64,000 nucleotides of DNA from the NCBI GenBank assembly GCA_046563655.1, contig CM102286.1, positions 7,564,001 through 7,628,000 on the forward strand, written 5' to 3'. Positions 58,915 to 64,000 of this stretch are shown here, piece by piece. The stretch is from Yuukianura sp. NJ FZ-2021 (lineage: Eukaryota). The notes under the pieces were generated by a model that was not told the origin of the DNA, did not search any database, and worked only from the letters and a program-made list of their open reading frames with translations. The position numbers were made by a program, and so were the translations under genes. Each line of letters begins with the position of its first letter. Position 1 is the stretch's first letter.

Positions 58915-60982
58915 CTAAATCATTCCCTTTTGGCTTTTGCATTGGGCCGTCTGTAATATGGATATAGAAGATGTAATATTTACATAAAACGTTACCGTCA
59001 TCCAAACTCCACCGTCTTCGTCCCATCACATGATGGCGACGGAGTTTGGTACGACCGGACCTAACCTAAGTACTTACCAATTTGTTCAGGCCCCACTGTA
59101 GATAGTCTGGTTTCGTTGCCGCCTCATACTCATCCACAAGATCCTGAACGACGTTTCGAGAATCATCCAATTCATCCAAGTTTTCGGAGAAAATATCCTC
59201 CTTTCTAAACTGATCCAGAAAGGCCTCGCGTTTCCTCAATTTGTCGTACTGGCCCAAAGCATTTTGAAACAACTGAAAAACATCCAGATGTAAACAAACG
59301 TAACTTGAGTAAGACCAAATGTTTCACTTACTGATGAAATATTGGTGTGATTGGCAAGCATGAGGCCTGAGACTCGGTGTGGAGTCTGAATGTACGGAGA
59401 CTTTCGAGACAGTGCTACTTGAATACTGGCTGGACTCCAGCTGATGAAGTTGGCCAATTTCCGCTCCCGAATACGCTGAAGAGATTTGTGAACTTGTCCT
59501 GGATCAACGTCTCCCTATGATTGTAAAATCAAAGCGTCATCCTAGGGTCAATTTGTAATGTAATCTAATAAGTTTGATCTTGCCTGGATAATGTTCAGGA
59601 TTGAAATGTACTTGTGATGTCCAGCACGATCAGGGGCTGTGGAGACCATCATATTCTTAGGCTGAAGGAGGCGACGCATGACATCAACAACCGTGGTTTT
59701 CCTGATGGAAGTGGCTTCTTGTTCTGAGCTCAACGGGGTGTACCCTGTCATGAGGAAGTGGAGACGTGGAGTGGGTATGAGCGGAGAGATGAGTCCGATG
59801 AGATCGTTATTCATGTAGGATGGGTAACGAAGAGTGGCAGTGCTGACGGACATGATAGTAGAGACGAGGCTGTTGATTTGGGTGAACGTTGGGTTCCCAA
59901 TATGTAGGCGATCCACTGCGATTCTGTTCAGAGCAGTGTTATCCAGAACTACTACACAGTCCGCATTCTCTGTCAAGCGACGTAATGTCAAAATGGAGTT
60001 GTAGGGTTGCACCACAACGTCACTAAAAGCATCGAATGCAAATAAGGTCAAGAAAGATCACATTCACGTTGTTCTTCAAAAGATTCATCTTACGAACGCT
60101 TAATAAATGGGTGACTAATACCTTATTTCGTCCTGATTGGGAAATACACTGTACGTTTGAATGAGTTTCTTTGGATATCGCTCCGTTAGTTTCTCTAGGA
60201 GATATGAGCCGAGTCCAGAGCCAGTACCGCCAGCAATGGAGTGACAAAGAACGAAACCCTACAATAAATCCAGTCATTTGATTTCAATTAATGGTTTACA
60301 TCTAATTAGGTCCTAGATATGAACAGATTATCACCTCCAAACTGTCACTTCCTTCCGCCTCACGGTCAATGATATCGAAGATCTCTTCGTGAAGTCCAGT
60401 TCCTCGTCCGAATCCGTTCGCCCAGTTGTTGCCGGCTCCCCCTCCATCTTGTGACAAGTAAACATTTTCTGGATTGTACAGCTGAAAAGAACAAGTAGAC
60501 GAGTGAGTTGAAATATGGAAGAAAATGCATATTTAACTTTCTATACAGTAAATTAACTAAACTGATGAATTTGTTGTACCAACCTTGGCATACTGGGATG
60601 CCAGGATAGAGTTGATAACGCGGGGCTCCAGGTCCAGAAGCACAGCCCTGGGGATGTAGTGATCATCATCAGCCTGGTAGAAGAAAACATCTTTACGATC
60701 GACCCCTTCCTTTGCAAAGGATTCTAACGTGCCCTCTGGACTGATCCCGTGCTCTAGACACAACTTCTTCCAGAACTCAAAGCCAACTGAAACAAATAGT
60801 ACACTATAAGTGCAATGCTGATCGCTTGAAGTGTTTCTAATTTGGCATCTTTATGACTCATTCCAGCGACGTAAACGAAGTGTATGAGAATTTACGAATT
60901 ATGTTTCTTAAAAACCATTATAATTCAACTTACTTTGGTTACCACATTGGCCCAACTGGAGGGTAATGATTTCGCAAGGCAT
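58915..60982 (-). CDS. TUBG1: Gamma-tubulin
   Basis: [99 protein letters not shown]. Probable short last exon [11 protein letters not shown]. Confidence 0.97.
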
Positions 60983-63200
60983 TATTTCTCGACTGCAGTG
61001 GTGGTATCGTACTTTTCCTTATGACGTAGGTGTAGGTACCGGAAACCTTTACTTATGCTGCCTAAAACGAAACAAAGACAGCGGTATAAACAAAGAAGTT
61101 ATTCCAATCCGGTATAATAGTCATTACCAGTTTAGTTTGGAGACCGACACCAGCCCAACGCAAAACGCAAACAAAAAATCACTGGCAAATGACAATGAAG
61201 TTAAGACAGCTTACCTAGATTGTCAGTCTAATGTAAACAAAAGAATGGCGCCAACATGGTTTGGTTGAGTTTTCGCCTCGCAGCAGAACAGCGAACAGCA
61301 CAGCATACTAGTACAGAAATCAGCTGACTCAGCACTCATTTCAGAGTTTTAGTCGGTGCCCTTTGATTTCATGTCCTGTTTCCGGTTGAAGTAACGCTCA
61401 CCTACCTTCCAATTAATACTTCAACTCTGAATTGGATTTAAGATTAAGACATTAACTTTTTACGTAAGTATTTATATATTAGAACGTAGGTGTGAAAAAG
61501 AAACAGAAAAAAATAATTTTTTAGTTAGAAATGCATGTGATGATACGATGCCTTGTTGCATTATTTATCGCATGCATGTGTTTCTTAATTTTGACATAGA
61601 ATTGCAAAATTAAGGGTTCTCACTCAGTCGAATTTAAAGAGCATAGCCCATACCAAAACCACGAAATAAAAATTGTTATTATTGAACTTCCTGTTCGAGA
61701 TCACATCGATATCCGGAACAGTTTTCAAAACAAGAAAAGAAGAATTAACTAAGAAGGACGCCATGTCCCTCTCACAATAGAACGGCCGAGTCTCAATTCA
61801 ACCACACTCAAGGTTTGTTTTTATAGGGAGCTCAGCTGCTGCTGTTGTGAGTGTCATGTGCTGTGCTAATCTCCTTCTCGATGTGCAAATTGGACTGTCC
61901 AAGTCCAACCAAGTCACTACGAACACTGCACTGGAATCGGGTTTGATGTCCACAAGTTGTAAGTTTATGGACCTTTGATGATGACTCTCTGTGTTTTTGT
62001 ATTCAGTGGTTCATAATTCATCCAGCGTCATTCCATAGGTCAAACAAAGTCCAACTTCAATGACAGATTTATAAACACACTTCGCTGAAAAGGCAGAGGA
62101 AATTAGCAATCCGCGTGACGTGAGGCACGTCAGCATTTAACGCACATCAGCGGGTGTATGATTGAGATAACTTGGTAATCTTTATTGATTCAATTTTTAG
62201 TGGAATATGTACTAACGTCTCTTCTCTTCTTTGAATTGTTTTTGTTTATAATATTTTGTGAACTCTGCGACTGGATCTAAACTGACTTTTGAACTGACTG
62301 ACAAAGGTGAGCTCCAGGTGAACCCATGGCCATGGCCGGCCTTTCGGGCGAACGTTTTTTTTTTCAGGGAAAAGTCTGATTCGCAAGTTTTGCTGTAAAT
62401 AATCTCCTATAAAAGTTGAAAGTTCGAAAAATGTTTGCAGGTTCATAAAATGTAAAAGTCACTAAAAAATTGTATTTGTCTTTTTTTTAAGGAAATCCAA
62501 TCTAGCGCCTGGCAAACCAAGACTGATCGCTAGTAGGAAGCTTCACTTCTCACTTCTTCGAATCACATTTGGCGAGACCCGCACCCGGGTTTAAACCCTT
62601 CGGGAAGTGACACCATAGCATCCAATGATTCCTCATCACGGTGGTTTCTATGTTATTTAGTTATTTGCTCCGATAACTAAGGGGATGTAGGAAGAATACT
62701 ACTGATCACATCACATGTAAGGTTGTGTTTGCAAAAAACTTGATTCTTGATTTTCTTGTTCCTGTGCGGTTCCCTCCTTTTCCCCATCCCGTCTCCTGTG
62801 GTTTATGCCATTACGCGAAATTACTCTGAACCCGTTTACGCACCAGATGATTCACTAGCTTTTATGCAGTTTCTTCACTCCTGACCGTAATGTTAACATT
62901 ATGTTATCAGTAGCACACTTCGCTCCCACTCGTTTTAGCTGAGTGTTAGTAACAAATTGACCATCAGTCTACAGCGAAAGTCTCATCAAATCAGACAGAA
63001 TTGTCCATATAAGTCCGACGACACAAATTTTGTGTTAACAATTTACAATTTTTTTGTGACAAAGTTACTCTACTACAAAAGTGAATAACGATCAATTATT
63101 TTATTCTTCATTCACAGCTTCATAAGAATCTTTTGGAAGCGACGTTTCGTCGAAACAAGCTGAAATATTGGCCAAGAACTTCCGTACACAACAATACAAT

Positions 63201-63391
63201 ATGACAGAAACTACGGTATTAGTGTCGGACGAGCCAGCCTCTGATGTCAGTTGTCGGAATCTAGACGAAAATGTTTGCAGCGATTCGAATGAGGAAGATG
63301 TTCATCGTTGTCCTAACGGTGATGTGACAGCATGTGAATTTTGCAAAATCCTAAACGTATTCTCCTCGGTTCGGAGAACCCTCAAGCTTCG
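63201..63391 (+). CDS. Probable first coding exon of a gene continuing beyond the window (unknown product)
   Basis: Acceptor ttcacag at ~63117, ATG 63201, open frame MTETTVLVSDEPASDVSCRN...TLKL and donor cg|gtaaga at 63392. Upstream candidate non-coding exon ends at a gtaagt donor (~61464). Confidence 0.45.
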
Positions 63392-63726
63392 GTAAGAACT
63401 CCATGCAACATGTATTAATTTAGTGACCCATAATTTATGTTGTTGACATGTATTACCTGTCTTGCCTAGTATGCATTCCTCATTTTCGAATCAAGAATCA
63501 ACACTCCCTTAAGGGGTTAGGTTGCGGACACTGGAAATCGGAAGGATTTTGAAACCATTTCTACACGTTTACAGCGTGCTCAGGGACGTCAATTTCGTTT
63601 CTGCGTTTCAAGATTGTTTCCGTGCGCGGACTTCTTAACGTGATGACTTATCGTGGGAACACTGAATTTCGAAGTTGATTTCTGGGACTAAACGCTAGGC
63701 CCGTATTTGTTACGCTTGTACGTACC

Positions 63727-63734
63727 TATATAAA
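63727..63734 (+). promoter_or_regulatory. Candidate TATA box of an alternative promoter
   Basis: TATATAAA followed ~80 nt later by a strong donor ctg|gtgagt (63813/63814). Confidence 0.35.
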
Positions 63735-64000
63735 TAGGCGTTGCTAATACTTACTGCCAATTTTTTGTTATTATTTTCTGCGATTCTGTATTTCTGCAAA
63801 TCTTATCTTCCTGGTGAGTTCAAGCCAAGCCCATTTTTATTCTAAATTGGAACTATGACGCATGTGTCGTTAGGGAATGTTTTCAAACGACACTTACATT
63901 TTAATTTGCGCATTAGCCTGCAGTTGACCTCGCTTTTCTACGTTTTCTGTGAAAAAAAAATCACTCGAATCGAGTAAGGAAAAAACTGAAGCATAACTTC

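Noticed and set aside
61760..62100. Exon-like composition on the minus strand
   Set aside because: All ATG-initiated frames I read terminate within a few codons.
62550..62610. tRNA/SINE-like ttcgaatc and gggtttaaaccc motifs
   Set aside because: No cloverleaf or properly spaced A/B boxes.

Overview
Eukaryotic, AT-rich, gene-dense DNA with short GT-AG introns, most likely from a compact arthropod genome. There are no prokaryotic features, CRISPR arrays, rRNA or recognisable tRNA. Spliced by hand, the window holds, in order: two tandem insect-type 7TM chemoreceptor-like genes (first one partial), stomatin/band-7 (-), DHRS7 (+), TEX47-like (-), a tight ZRANB2-GPANK1-PDRG1 (+) cluster, DTWD1 (-), two tandem ABCC/MRP1-like transporters (-), ZC3H4/su(s)-like (-), non-muscle myosin II heavy chain (+), two unknown genes, gamma-tubulin (-) and the probable start of another gene. 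Introns carry a 1.1-kb near-perfect foldback palindrome, three MITE-like elements and a 7x149-bp tandem array. The most striking observations are: (1) the myosin II rod appears to lack ~197 residues, one 7x28+skip super-period, deleted in register inside an unbroken exon; (2) the GPANK1 UGA-C stop is followed by 15 open in-frame codons running straight into the PDRG1 ATG (readthrough fusion or dicistronic/shared-promoter unit); (3) the 464-bp-arm intronic palindrome; (4) an orphan protein carrying an isolated PDE10-like N-terminal motif. Homology calls rest on my recall of protein families, not on database searches.
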